Part shown: positions 18,812 through 28,407 of the stretch, in pieces
How the letters are laid out: the number at the start of each line of letters is the position of its first letter
How positions within the stretch are numbered: the stretch's first letter is position 1
Position numbers and translations under genes: made by a program
Notes under the pieces: model-generated
The model's input: the letters and a program-made list of their open reading frames with translations, nothing else
The model's database searches: none
What the model was told of the DNA's origin: nothing
DNA from: an uncultured delta proteobacterium
GTDB taxonomy: Bacteria > Desulfobacterota > Binatia > UTPRO1
Reading direction: 5' to 3'
Assembly: GCA_963774015.1 (NCBI GenBank)
Contig: CAVZDH010000001.1
Location: 451,064 to 515,063, forward strand
Length of the DNA: 64,000 bases

Positions 18812-19506
18812 CACCGCTGCGTGTCCACGACGCGGCGCCGCCAGCGCTGCAGGAGGATCCACGCGCCGATCATCCCCCCGACGTGCGCGAAGTGCGCGAC
18901 GCCGGCCTGCGTCCCGACCACGCCCTGTACCAGCTCGAGCGCGCCGTACAGGATCACGAACAGCCACGCCGGCATGGGGATCGGCGGGAAGATCAACGTC
19001 ACGATGCGACGCGGATAGAGCATGCCGAACGCCAGCAGGATGCCGAACACGCCGCCCGAGGCGCCGATCGTCGGATGGGGGGTGCCGCCGACGGCTGCGA
19101 GCACCGCGAGCTGCGTCAACGCGGCGGAGACCACAGCGGCGAGGTAGAGCCCCAGGTACCGTGCCGCGCCGAGCGCGGCCTCGACGTCGCGACCGAAGAT
19201 GCGGAGCGCGAACATGTTGAGGAAGATGTGCATGAGCCCGGCATGCAGGAAGGCGTAGGTCACGAGCTGCCACGGGTGAAAGCCGACGACCGCGTCGAGC
19301 CCGGGCACGAAGAAGCGCCCGGGCGGCCAGAGCGCGAAGCGGGCGAGCATCGCGTCGCCGTTGGCGGACTCCACCACGAACACGATGACGTTCAGCGTGA
19401 TGAGCCGCGACGTCACCGTTCCCCGCGGCCGCGCGGGCAGGCGCCAGGCCGCGTCGGGGCGGTCGTCGTCGCGTGAGAGGATGAGAGGGTCCTCAGAGAA
19501 CGTCAT
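18811..19506 (-). CDS. Rhomboid-family intramembrane serine protease
   Basis: HxxxN motif (FLHAGLMHIFLNMFAL), catalytic GASGG (TIGASGGVFGIL) and downstream AHFAHVGG His. Confidence 0.8.
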   Translation of the reverse strand: MTFSEDPLILSRDDDRPDAAWRLPARPRGTVTSRLITLNVIVFVVESANGDAMLARFALWPPGRFFVPGLDAVVGFHPWQLVTYAFLHAGLMHIFLNMFALRIFGRDVEAALGAARYLGLYLAAVVSAALTQLAVLAAVGGTPHPTIGASGGVFGILLAFGMLYPRRIVTLIFPPIPMPAWLFVILYGALELVQGVVGTQAGVAHFAHVGGMIGAWILLQRWRRRVVDTQR

Positions 19507-19751
19507 GCGTGCTCCCGGCAGATACGGCATCGCGCGCGCGAGCACCATCGGCGGCGATGGCGGGGAGCTTTCGCGGGCCGCAAGGCGCGCAGCGTGATCG
19601 GGGTTTCTCGACGTTCGGATGAATCGAGGGCGAGCTTCCCGATCCCGCGAGAGCGGAGCGCCGCCGTCATCGGCCGGGGCCGGCAAACCGATACCGAACC
19701 TCCGTGCCGGCTGGCATGCGCGTTGCTGCCTTCGCTCCTGAAGAGGAGGAG

Positions 19752-21797
19752 ATGATCATGTCTCTTGGAGTGCAGACGAGGCGGCGAGCCTCCGTGCGTC
19801 TTGCGCTGCTGCTCGCCATCGCGCTCGAAGCCATGAGTGTGGGCGCTGCGTCGGCCGGCAATCTCTACGTGTCGCCCGCCGGCGTCGGGGTCGGATCGAT
19901 CGCCGATCCGAGCAGCCTGCCGGCCGCCTTGAGCGCCGCCGCGACCCGGAGCGACGACACCATGATCTTTCTCCAGCAAGGCGTCTACGATGCCCAGGGC
20001 GTGATGGGCTTCGAGCTCGGCGTCGTCGGTAACGCCGTCGCCAGGTCGATCACGCTGTCGGGCGGCTGGAACGCGTCCTACGTCGAGCAGCTCGTCGATC
20101 CCGAGAGCACCATGCTCGACGGCAAGACGACGACGCAGATCCTGAACGTCCTGGTGGACGGGGGGACGGCGCCGCTCGACGTGCATCTCGAGCGCCTGGC
20201 CTTCGAGAACGGGTACGTGTCCGGTGACAGCGGGGCCGGCATCAAGGCGGCCATGTCGGCCGTCGACGGCGGGCTGCTTCGTCTGCACGTCCGGCATTGC
20301 GTCCTGAAGAACGACCATGCGCGCCGGCTGCCGACGCCGCCCAATACGGGCGGCCATGGCGGCGGGATCTATACCGTCGTGCCGACCGACATCGCCGACA
20401 CGCGCTTCGAGTCGAACAGCTCCGACTATCACGGCGGGGCGCTCATGGCCCACTATCTTCCGCCGTTCTCGTCGGCGGCGACCCCCGTGAGCGTCGATGC
20501 CTCGACGTTCGTCGGCAACTACAACGTCGGGTGTTGTCCCAACGGCTCGGCGATCGCGAGCTACGTGAACCTGACCGTCACCGGCAGCCATTTCGAGGGT
20601 CAGAGCGGTGCGGGGAGCCCGATCAACACCAATGGTCCGGATGCCCATCTCGACGTGGTCGGCAGCAGCTTCGTCGGCAACCTGATCACGTACTGGGGAA
20701 GCGCCATCCAATTCTGGAACACCGGCGGGACGATCGCGAGCTGCCTGTTTCTGAACAACCGCGCCGGCCACGGCTCGGACGGCTACGGTGCGATCACGTA
20801 TTACAACGCCGCCGGCGATCCGGAGGACGTCACCGTCACCAACTGCACGTTCGCCGGCAACCGTTCGCTCACCTCCGAGGACGGCATCGGTGGTGCGATT
20901 CACAGCCGCGGTGCCAATCTCACGCTGGCGAACGACATTGTCTGGGACAACGGACCGCTCGGACTCTACAGTCAGGGGGGCGACGCGACCATCAGCGACA
21001 GCGACGTGCAAAACGGCCTCGGCTCCACGGGCTTCGCCGACGGCGGCGGCAATCTCTCGTACGATCCGCAGTTCGTCGGCGGCGGCGACTACCGGCTGAG
21101 CGCGGGCTCCCTGTGCGTCGACGGCGGCGACAACGAGGCACCCGGGCTGCCGTCGACGGATCTCGACGGCAACGCGCGCATCCTGAATGGTCACGGCGGC
21201 GGCGATCTCGTGGTCGACATGGGCGCGTACGAGCTGGCGACGTACGCCATGACGCCGAGCGCGGGGACGATCGGTACGCGCCTGGCCATCGTCGGCGAGG
21301 GCTACGGGCAGAAGAAACCGGCGGTCTATCTGCGCTACGAGTCGAAACCCGGCGTCTTCAAGAAGGTCGCCGTGAAGATCGATCGAGCCGCGAGCTACGA
21401 CACCGCCATTCCCGGACTGTGGACGAAGAAGATGCCCGGGGGCACCTACGAGCTCTGGGTGCAGCCGAAGGTCAAGGGTGCCGCGCCGATCATTCTCGGC
21501 CATTTCACCGTCATGCCGCCGGTCGTCGGTGACGCGCCGGGCACGGGCGCGATCGGTGACGCGATCGCGGTCACGGGTGCCTACTTCACGTCCAAGAAAC
21601 CGAAGGTGGTCCTGGTCCATTCCGTCACGATGAAGAAGAAGAGCTGCAAGGTCACGACGTGGACGATGGACCCGACGTCGGGCGAGAGCTCGCTGCACTT
21701 CGTCGTACCGAAGGTCGCCGCGGGGACGTACATCCTCACCGTGTCGACCCGCATCGGGACGTCGACGCCGGAGTCGTTCGAGGTGGTTCAGAACTGA
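19752..21797 (+). CDS. Secreted right-handed parallel beta-helix repeat protein with C-terminal beta-sandwich-like domain
   Basis: Signal peptide MIMSLGVQTRRRASVRLALLLAIALEAMSVGAASA; AGGAGG RBS 5 nt upstream; repeated NxxG/beta-helix strands (GGAIHSRGANLTLANDIVWDN); lysine-rich C-terminal domain. Confidence 0.65.
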   Translation: MIMSLGVQTRRRASVRLALLLAIALEAMSVGAASAGNLYVSPAGVGVGSIADPSSLPAALSAAATRSDDTMIFLQQGVYDAQGVMGFELGVVGNAVARSITLSGGWNASYVEQLVDPESTMLDGKTTTQILNVLVDGGTAPLDVHLERLAFENGYVSGDSGAGIKAAMSAVDGGLLRLHVRHCVLKNDHARRLPTPPNTGGHGGGIYTVVPTDIADTRFESNSSDYHGGALMAHYLPPFSSAATPVSVDASTFVGNYNVGCCPNGSAIASYVNLTVTGSHFEGQSGAGSPINTNGPDAHLDVVGSSFVGNLITYWGSAIQFWNTGGTIASCLFLNNRAGHGSDGYGAITYYNAAGDPEDVTVTNCTFAGNRSLTSEDGIGGAIHSRGANLTLANDIVWDNGPLGLYSQGGDATISDSDVQNGLGSTGFADGGGNLSYDPQFVGGGDYRLSAGSLCVDGGDNEAPGLPSTDLDGNARILNGHGGGDLVVDMGAYELATYAMTPSAGTIGTRLAIVGEGYGQKKPAVYLRYESKPGVFKKVAVKIDRAASYDTAIPGLWTKKMPGGTYELWVQPKVKGAAPIILGHFTVMPPVVGDAPGTGAIGDAIAVTGAYFTSKKPKVVLVHSVTMKKKSCKVTTWTMDPTSGESSLHFVVPKVAAGTYILTVSTRIGTSTPESFEVVQN

Positions 21798-21815
21798 CGG
21801 GGGCGGCCGCGCGGC

Positions 21816-23060
21816 TCATTCCCGCTTCTCGACGCGCGGCATCGACCCGCTGAGCCGCATGGGTCGCGTCTCGGCGACGCTCCACCCGCTCGCCATCGTC
21901 ATGTAGGCGGTGTCGATGGCGTCGTGCGGCAGGCAGCCGGCGCGGGCGCGGACGATCGGCTCCATCGCGCCGACCGTCTGGGTGCGGACGGGCGGGACCG
22001 CGATCGGCGCCGAGGCCGTGCCCGTGAGGGGCGGCAACGCGAGGCCGCGGGAGGTGTTGCCCGCGGTGTAGACGTCGCCGGCGTCTTTGAAACGGAGCGC
22101 GGCGTGCGGCTTGCCGCCGATGCTTTCCGCGTACGGCGACAGGGCGAAGAGGGAGCTCACCACGTTGCCGGATGCGCCGTCCTCGAAGCGGCTGCCCCAC
22201 TCGCCCCAGTCCTCGACGATCACGTTGCGCATGTCGGCGACGAGGTGCCCGGAGAAGAGCGGGCTTCGGATCGCGCCCTTCGCGATCCACGTATGGTGCA
22301 GCGAGATGTGGTCCGTGCCCGGATACTTGCAGTAGACCGAGCGCGTATCGCCGGCGAAGAAGCCGTACTGCACGGTCACGTCGTGCGCGCCGTACCCGAT
22401 CGAGATGCCGTCGTCGTTCGAGCCGGTCGAGGAGACGTGCGTGACGGCGATGTGGTGAGCGTCCGGGCCCTGGAGACGCAGGTTGTCGTCGCCGTTCCGC
22501 AGGCGGAGATCGCGTACGATCACGTCGTGGGTGCGGATGTCGACGATCGCCGAGCCTTCCTTCATGTCGGAGCCGTCGAGCGTGGCACCGTTGCCCTCGA
22601 GCGTGAGGTTCGGCGCGGTGAGGATCGGCAGCTTCTTCGCGATCGGGATCGTGTCGCGCACCGCGAAGCGGATGATGGCGTTGCCGGTGCCGTTGGCGTC
22701 GAGAAACGCGGCGCGCACGGCGTCTTCGGTCGGCCCGTCGACGACGATCACGCGGCCGCCGGCGCCGCCGCTCGTCGTCGCTCCGAAACCCTCGATCGGC
22801 TCTTCGGCGGCGGCCGGTCGTCCCCGGCCGGCCGCGGGTGCGGTCCCGCGGCCGCTCGGCGTCGCGGCCTTTCGCGCCGTCGTCGGCATCGGCGTCGGCG
22901 ACGGCTCGCTCGGTCGGGCCGCCGCACGCGCGGACGGCGGAGTCACCGGCTGCACGGCCGGCCGGGCACCCGAGGGTGGACCGGCGGGTGTCCGGCTCGC
23001 CGCGCAGCCTGCGAGGCCGGTGACGATCACGATCACGAGGACGGCATCGGAGGTCTTCAT
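21816..23060 (-). CDS. Pectate lyase-like (polysaccharide lyase family 1-like) lipoprotein
   Basis: Lipoprotein signal MKTSDAVLVIVIVTGLAGC; Pro/Ala-rich linker; beta-helix core with pectate-lyase-like motifs (DGISIGYGAHDVTVQY, WIAKGAIRSP). Confidence 0.7.
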   Translation of the reverse strand: MKTSDAVLVIVIVTGLAGCAASRTPAGPPSGARPAVQPVTPPSARAAARPSEPSPTPMPTTARKAATPSGRGTAPAAGRGRPAAAEEPIEGFGATTSGGAGGRVIVVDGPTEDAVRAAFLDANGTGNAIIRFAVRDTIPIAKKLPILTAPNLTLEGNGATLDGSDMKEGSAIVDIRTHDVIVRDLRLRNGDDNLRLQGPDAHHIAVTHVSSTGSNDDGISIGYGAHDVTVQYGFFAGDTRSVYCKYPGTDHISLHHTWIAKGAIRSPLFSGHLVADMRNVIVEDWGEWGSRFEDGASGNVVSSLFALSPYAESIGGKPHAALRFKDAGDVYTAGNTSRGLALPPLTGTASAPIAVPPVRTQTVGAMEPIVRARAGCLPHDAIDTAYMTMASGWSVAETRPMRLSGSMPRVEKRE

Positions 23061-23198
23061 GGCGGGCCCCAGGGTAGCCGCATCGTCCGCGGCCGCACAC
23101 TCCCCCACCCGGTCGTGCCCGCGCTCGCGCGTCCGCCGCCCGGCTGCTACGTGGAGCTCCGAGCCGCGATCCCCCATCCCGCGAGGAGCCTACACGCC

Positions 23199-24380
23199 AT
23201 GCCGTCCCACGCCGTCATCGACTTCGATTCGTCCAAACCGACCTCGCCTTTCTACACCGACAGTCACCGCGAATGGCGCGACACGCTGCGCCGCTGGCTC
23301 GCAAAGGAAGTGGCGCCGCACGTCGACGTCTGGGAGGAGGCGGGGGAGTTTCCCGTGTCGCTTTACGCCAAAGCGGCGGAGCTCGGGCTGCTCGGGCTCG
23401 GGTACCCCGAGCAATACGGCGGCATCTCGGCCGGCATCGATCACTTCCACCACATCATCACGTCGGAAGAGACGGCGCAGATCGGCGCGGGGGGGATCTT
23501 CGCGTCGTTGATGGTGCACTCGATCGGGCTGCCGCCGGTGCTGGCGCTCGGCTCCGCGGAGCTCAAGGCGCGCGTCGCGCCGGCCGTGCTGTCGGGTGAG
23601 AAGCACATCTGTCTCGGCATCACCGAGCCCGACGCGGGCAGCGACGTCGCGAACATCCAGACCCGCGCCGAGCGCGCCGGCGACGACTACGTGGTGCGCG
23701 GCAGCAAGATGTTCATCACCGGCGGGCTCCGTGCCGACTACGTGACGGCCGCGGTGCGCACCGGCGGTTCCGGTCTCGGCGGCATCTCCCTCCTGTTGAT
23801 CGAGCTCGATCGTCCCGGCGTGTCGCGGACGTCGCTCAAGAAGATGGGCTGGTGGTCGTCCGACACCGCGGCGCTCTATTTCGACGACGTGCGCGTCCCC
23901 GCGTCGAACCTGATCGGTGCGGAGAATCAAGGCTTCCTCGGCATCGTGCTCAACTTCAACGGCGAGCGTCTCGGCATGGCGTCGAGCGCGAACGCCTATG
24001 CGCGTACCTGCCTCGTCGAGGCCGCCCGGTACGCGCAGGAGCGCCGGACGTTCGGGAAGCGCCTCGCCGACCACCAGGTGATCCGCCACAAGATCGCCGA
24101 GATGCTCCGCCAGGTGAACGCCACGCAGGCCTATCTCGAGAACTGCGCCTGGCGCGTCCAGCAGGGCGAGACGCCGGTCGCCGATCTCGCGCTCTTGAAG
24201 GTGCAGGCCACGCTCACGATGGAGTTCTGCGCGCGCGAGGCGATGCAGGTGCTCGGCGGCGCCGGGTATCTCCGCGGCAACAAGGTGGAGCGCATCTACC
24301 GCGAGGTCCGCGTCAACGCGATCGGCGGCGGCAGCGAGGAGATCATGCGCGACCTCGCGGCGCGACAGATCGGGCTCTGA
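23199..24380 (+). CDS. Acyl-CoA dehydrogenase
   Basis: 393 aa; ACAD N-terminal, middle (CLGITEPDAGSDVANIQTRAE) and C-terminal (QVLGGAGYLRGNKVERIYREVRVNAIGGGSEEI) domains. Confidence 0.9.
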   Translation: MPSHAVIDFDSSKPTSPFYTDSHREWRDTLRRWLAKEVAPHVDVWEEAGEFPVSLYAKAAELGLLGLGYPEQYGGISAGIDHFHHIITSEETAQIGAGGIFASLMVHSIGLPPVLALGSAELKARVAPAVLSGEKHICLGITEPDAGSDVANIQTRAERAGDDYVVRGSKMFITGGLRADYVTAAVRTGGSGLGGISLLLIELDRPGVSRTSLKKMGWWSSDTAALYFDDVRVPASNLIGAENQGFLGIVLNFNGERLGMASSANAYARTCLVEAARYAQERRTFGKRLADHQVIRHKIAEMLRQVNATQAYLENCAWRVQQGETPVADLALLKVQATLTMEFCAREAMQVLGGAGYLRGNKVERIYREVRVNAIGGGSEEIMRDLAARQIGL

Positions 24381-24438
24381 TCGGCGGATGCCTCGGCCGG
24401 CTTGAGCCGACGCGGGGAAACCGCGAGGATGGTGCGTC

Positions 24439-25068
24439 ATGGCATCCATCCGGGCGATCCTCTTCGATTTCGGCGGCGTCTTCATGGAGTCGCCGTTCGC
24501 GGCGGTGCGCGCCTTCGGTGCGCGCCAAGGGATCGCACCCGAGCGTGTCCTCGAGCTGGTCTTCGGCGCGTACGACAGCGATACCGACCACCCGTGGCAC
24601 CGCCTCGAGCGCGGGGAGCTGTCGTTGCTCGACGCCCGCCAAGCCATCCTCGACCTCGGCGCGCCCGAGCACCGCATCGACCTGTTCGAGGCGCTCGGTT
24701 CGCTCCGCGACACGAGCGTCCGCCCCGACGTGGTCCAGATCGCGCGCGACGCGCGCGCCCGCGGCGTCAAGACGGCGATCGTCACCAACAACGTGCGCGA
24801 GTTCGGCGACGGGTGGCGCGCCATGCTGCCCGTCGACGAGCTCTTCGACGCGGTGGTGGATTCCGCGCACGTCGGTGTGCGCAAGCCGGATCCGCGCATC
24901 TTCCGCCTGGCGCTCGCGCGGCTCGGCGACACGCTGCCAGAGCAGGCCGTGTTCCTCGACGATTTCCACGGGAACGTCGCCGCGGCCGAGCGTCTCGGCA
25001 TGCGCGGCATCCTGGTCGGGGAGGACCATCGCTCCGCGTTGCAGATGCTGCGTACGCTGCTGGAATAG
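24439..25068 (+). CDS. HAD-superfamily hydrolase
   Basis: Motif I ILFDFGGV, motif III K (GVRKPDPRIF), motif IV FLDDFHGNV. Confidence 0.8.
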   Translation: MASIRAILFDFGGVFMESPFAAVRAFGARQGIAPERVLELVFGAYDSDTDHPWHRLERGELSLLDARQAILDLGAPEHRIDLFEALGSLRDTSVRPDVVQIARDARARGVKTAIVTNNVREFGDGWRAMLPVDELFDAVVDSAHVGVRKPDPRIFRLALARLGDTLPEQAVFLDDFHGNVAAAERLGMRGILVGEDHRSALQMLRTLLE

Positions 25069-25100
25069 ATCGCCCGGCTCACGACCCGAGGAGGACACCC

Positions 25101-25460
25101 ATGTTCGTCGTCACCAATCGCATTCCCGTCACCAAGGCCTTCGAGGCCGAGTTCGAGGAGCGCTTCAAGAAGCGCGCTCACCTCATCGATCGCTCGCCGG
25201 GGTTCGTGAAGAACCTCGTGCTGCGGCCGGTCAACCGGCGCTTCAATCATCAGACCGGTCAGATCGAGGAGCGCGAAGAGCAGGGGTACTACCTGGTGCA
25301 GACCTACTGGGAGACCGAGCAGGCGTTCTGGGATTGGACGAACAGCGAGTCGTTCCGGATCGCGCACGGGAACCGCCCGCCGGCGGAGATGTTCGCCGGG
25401 CCGAGCGTGCTCGAGATCCACGAGGTCATCCAGACGACCGAGCCCGCCGGCGCGCGCTGA
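25101..25460 (+). CDS. ABM-domain (antibiotic biosynthesis monooxygenase-like) protein
   Basis: 119 aa; ferredoxin-like ABM pattern (YYLVQTYWETEQAFWDWTNSESFRIAH); GAGGAGG RBS upstream. Confidence 0.65.
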   Translation: MFVVTNRIPVTKAFEAEFEERFKKRAHLIDRSPGFVKNLVLRPVNRRFNHQTGQIEEREEQGYYLVQTYWETEQAFWDWTNSESFRIAHGNRPPAEMFAGPSVLEIHEVIQTTEPAGAR

Positions 25461-25545
25461 TCGGCCCGGCGACCCGGGCGACGGTCGGGTTGACTCCCGG
25501 CAGGCGCCGGGGCGATGCTCGGCCGCGTTCCTCGACCGATCGCGG

Positions 25546-26505
25546 ATGAGCCGACTCCCACGCACCCCGATCACGCTCGCGCCCGCCGTCGCCGACGCGG
25601 CGACGGTCGAGCGTCTGATCGAAGCCCACGCGCCCTACTGGCCGGTGCAGCGCTATTTCGCGAACAGCGCCGAGTACGCCGCCCTGGCGGGAGCGGACGG
25701 CGCGGCGCCGATGATCGTCGCGCCGGTGTTCCGCGGCAACTGGGCGACCGAGGGCCAGGCGGCGCCCGACGTCGAGCCGCTGCTGCATCACGAGCCGTTC
25801 ATCGCGGCGGCGAAGCGCATCTTCGACGCCGCGATCGTGCGGCCGCAGAACGTCTACGTGAACCTCACCTGGCAGCTGCCGTTCCCCCAAGGCGCGGGGC
25901 ACACGGACGTGCCGGCGTTCCGCGGCTTCGATCGCACGCGCTACCCGATCACCTTCCTCAGCATCATGGGCCTGTCGCAGCTCTTCGAGGACGTGCGCGT
26001 ACGCATCGCCACCGCCGTCGCCTGGTTCTATGCCGGCGGCGACGGCGGCTTCGAGTACTGGCCGGAGGGTCCCGAGCGGCCGTCGCGCCTGCACGAGGGC
26101 GCGATCGACAACACGGCGATCGTCGGCGACAACGACTTCATGTGGCACCGCGTGCGGCCGACCGGCCGCCTCGAGGACGGCATGGTGTCGCTCGGCCTCG
26201 ACAGCGAGCTGGTGTGCGCCGGGGGCGAGTGGGCCATCACCGATGGCGGCCGTACCCTGGCGGCGTTCCCGCGCGAGCGGCTGCGGGTCAGCGTCTCGTG
26301 GAAGGCGATCGTCTTCGACTCCGACGCCGATCAGCGTCGCTACGACGACCACGGCGACGACATCGATCTCGACGAGGTCCTGCGTCGCTTCACCGCGGAT
26401 CTGCGCGCGCGCGGCATCGACCACGACCCACCCGCGGATCCGCTGACCGATCCGAGCTTCATCCGCCTGCTGCAGCAGACCTACGTCCGCCCCCCGGCGA
26501 CCTGA
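25546..26505 (+). CDS. Hypothetical protein (no family recognised)
   Basis: 319-aa ORF with normal amino-acid composition (aromatic-rich, unlike the Arg-rich alternative frames); co-oriented with upstream ACAD/HAD/ABM genes. Confidence 0.5.
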   Translation: MSRLPRTPITLAPAVADAATVERLIEAHAPYWPVQRYFANSAEYAALAGADGAAPMIVAPVFRGNWATEGQAAPDVEPLLHHEPFIAAAKRIFDAAIVRPQNVYVNLTWQLPFPQGAGHTDVPAFRGFDRTRYPITFLSIMGLSQLFEDVRVRIATAVAWFYAGGDGGFEYWPEGPERPSRLHEGAIDNTAIVGDNDFMWHRVRPTGRLEDGMVSLGLDSELVCAGGEWAITDGGRTLAAFPRERLRVSVSWKAIVFDSDADQRRYDDHGDDIDLDEVLRRFTADLRARGIDHDPPADPLTDPSFIRLLQQTYVRPPAT

Positions 26506-26682
26506 ATCAGCCGACGACGACGTCCGCCCACGACGCGAGATCGCGCGCCGCTGCGAGCATCGCGCCCTCGATCGGATCCATGAGGTCGCGCAGGATGAGC
26601 TCGAACTGCTTGCGGGGGCCGCCGAGGCGGAAGCTGTCGCGGGTCTTCTCCGCGAGCTCCTCGCGGTGGGCGACGAAACGGC

Positions 26683-27129
26683 GTCCACATCGCCACGACC
26701 TACGGCTTCTTCTTTCCGTGCGAGGCGCCGAAGGCGGAGCGCGGCCGGCTCCGTGACGCGATGGCCGAGCGGATTCTCGATCGCCTGAGCGAGTTTCTCC
26801 CCGACCTCCGCGACTGCATCGTCGAGCGGGCCGTCTTCTCCTCGGAGCATTTCGCGGCGATGCAGGGCGCGACCAACGGCGACTTCACGCACGGGCTGAT
26901 CCATCCCGAGCAGATGATCGGAGGACGCCTCCTCGTGCCGGGGTCCGCGCACGCGACGCCGATCGCGGGGCTCTACCTGTGCGGCGCCTCCTGCCATCCG
27001 GGCCCGGGCGTGACGTTCCTGCCGGGATACGGTGCGGCCTACGAGGTGGCGGAAGCCCTGGAGCGCCGGGCGGACGCAGCGTGGGCTCCGGCGGGACGAA
27101 CGGTGGAGGCCCGCGTCGCGGAGGCGTGA
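26683..27129 (+). pseudogene. C-terminal fragment of a CrtI/phytoene-desaturase-family FAD-dependent oxidoreductase
   Basis: Only ~150 aa; ends with the family-typical C-terminal motif GLYLCGASCHPGPGVTFLPGYGAAYEVAEAL; no N-terminal FAD-binding domain upstream. Confidence 0.5.
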
Positions 27130-27148
27130 CGCGCGCCCGCGATCCGGA

Positions 27149-27553
27149 CTACTCGGTCTTGAGCGGGACTCCGAGCCCCGCGAGGGGCGAAGCGGCCGTG
27201 CGTCCCGCCGCTCTCGTCGAGTAGGCCACGTGGACGCACAGCCCGAGGAGGACGAGGGGCGGTAGCGCGTGGACGAGCGGGTCGTGCAGGACGTGCTCCG
27301 TGATCGCTCCGATCATGACCAGTGCGAGCCCGGCCGCGGCGAGCGGCGTGACGCGCGGCACGAGCATTCCCACCGCGCCCGCCACCTCCGCGACACCGAT
27401 CAGGCGCATGAACCCGACGCCGAGGTCGAAGTGCGCGAAGAGCTCCGCCATCGGTGCCGCCCCGAGGAGCTTGCCGCTACCCGCGAGGGCGAAGACGATC
27501 GCGAGGATCGTGCGATGGACGCTGACGGCACGTTCGTTCGTCGGAAAATCCAT
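27149..27553 (-). CDS. DoxX-family membrane protein
   Basis: 134 aa, four hydrophobic helices, DoxX-like layout. Confidence 0.7.
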   Translation of the reverse strand: MDFPTNERAVSVHRTILAIVFALAGSGKLLGAAPMAELFAHFDLGVGFMRLIGVAEVAGAVGMLVPRVTPLAAAGLALVMIGAITEHVLHDPLVHALPPLVLLGLCVHVAYSTRAAGRTAASPLAGLGVPLKTE

Positions 27554-27604
27554 TGGGTGGGCCTCCTTGTGATTTCTGGTCGTCGTCGCCGCAGCTATTC
27601 GCCG

Positions 27605-28405
27605 TCACCCGAGCCGCGCCGCGATCGCCGCGATGCGAGGCCAGAGGGTGGTCCCGCCCCAACGGAGCACCGCGAGCGCCGGCTCGGGAATCCAGGCGGC
27701 GACCGCGGTTTCGAAGGCCGGGCGCGCCCGCGCGCGCGCGTACCACGCGGCGACGGCGGGACGCGCCGGCGCGGCGACGAACGCCGTCATCTCGAGGTGA
27801 TCGAGGCGCAGCACGTAGGGGAGCGCTGCCGCGTCGGCGAGGCCGAACGACGCGCCGCCGAGCCAGTCCGCCGTGGACAGGGCCGTCTCCATGCGGTCGA
27901 GGAACGCGAGCATCTTCCGGATCGCCGCGGCGAACTCGGGAGCCTCGATGCCGTGCGCGATCACGCTTCGTCGCGCGGCGCGCTCGGCCGGGTCGGGAAT
28001 GGCCGCGATGTTGGCTTCGCGGAGCTCTTCCGGTTGCGACAGCACCAGGTTGCGTGGGCCGACCGCGAACGTGACGACGGCGGTGGCGGGATGGACCGTT
28101 TCGTCGAGCCGCTTGGTCCAGAGCCTCGCGTGGTGACGCTCGCGGGGATCGGCCGGCATCATCGGGGGGTGGGGGAAGACCTCGTCCAGGTACTGATTGA
28201 TCAAGGTCGACTCGATCAGCGGCACGCCGGCGTGCACGAGCGTCGGCACGACGTGATTCGGGTTCAGCCGGACGTAGGCGGGGTCGTGCTGGGCGCCCGC
28301 CATCAGGTCGACTTCGCGGGACACGAACTCGAGCCCTTTCTCGGCGAGGACGAGCCGCACCTTCTGCGAGCAGGTCGAGAACGGGTAGTGGTAGAGCTCG
28401 AGCAT
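27605..28405 (-). CDS. Glutathione S-transferase family protein
   Basis: N-terminal thioredoxin-like GST fold (MLELYHYPFSTCSQKVRLVLAEKG...VVPTLV...PLIESTLINQYL). Confidence 0.8.
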   Translation of the reverse strand: MLELYHYPFSTCSQKVRLVLAEKGLEFVSREVDLMAGAQHDPAYVRLNPNHVVPTLVHAGVPLIESTLINQYLDEVFPHPPMMPADPRERHHARLWTKRLDETVHPATAVVTFAVGPRNLVLSQPEELREANIAAIPDPAERAARRSVIAHGIEAPEFAAAIRKMLAFLDRMETALSTADWLGGASFGLADAAALPYVLRLDHLEMTAFVAAPARPAVAAWYARARARPAFETAVAAWIPEPALAVLRWGGTTLWPRIAAIAARLG

Positions 28406-28407
28406 CG

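Noticed and set aside
23190-25574. 794-aa minus-strand ORF
   Set aside because: Antisense to acyl-CoA dehydrogenase, HAD and ABM genes; no motifs; GC-driven open frame.
26505-26700. Minus-strand frame reading ...FVAHREELAEKTRDSFRLGGPRKQFELILRDLMDPIEGAMLAAARDLASWADVVVG-stop
   Set aside because: Protein-like composition, possibly another relic of the same CrtI-like gene in inverted orientation, but only ~60 aa with no firm family match. Not enough to call.
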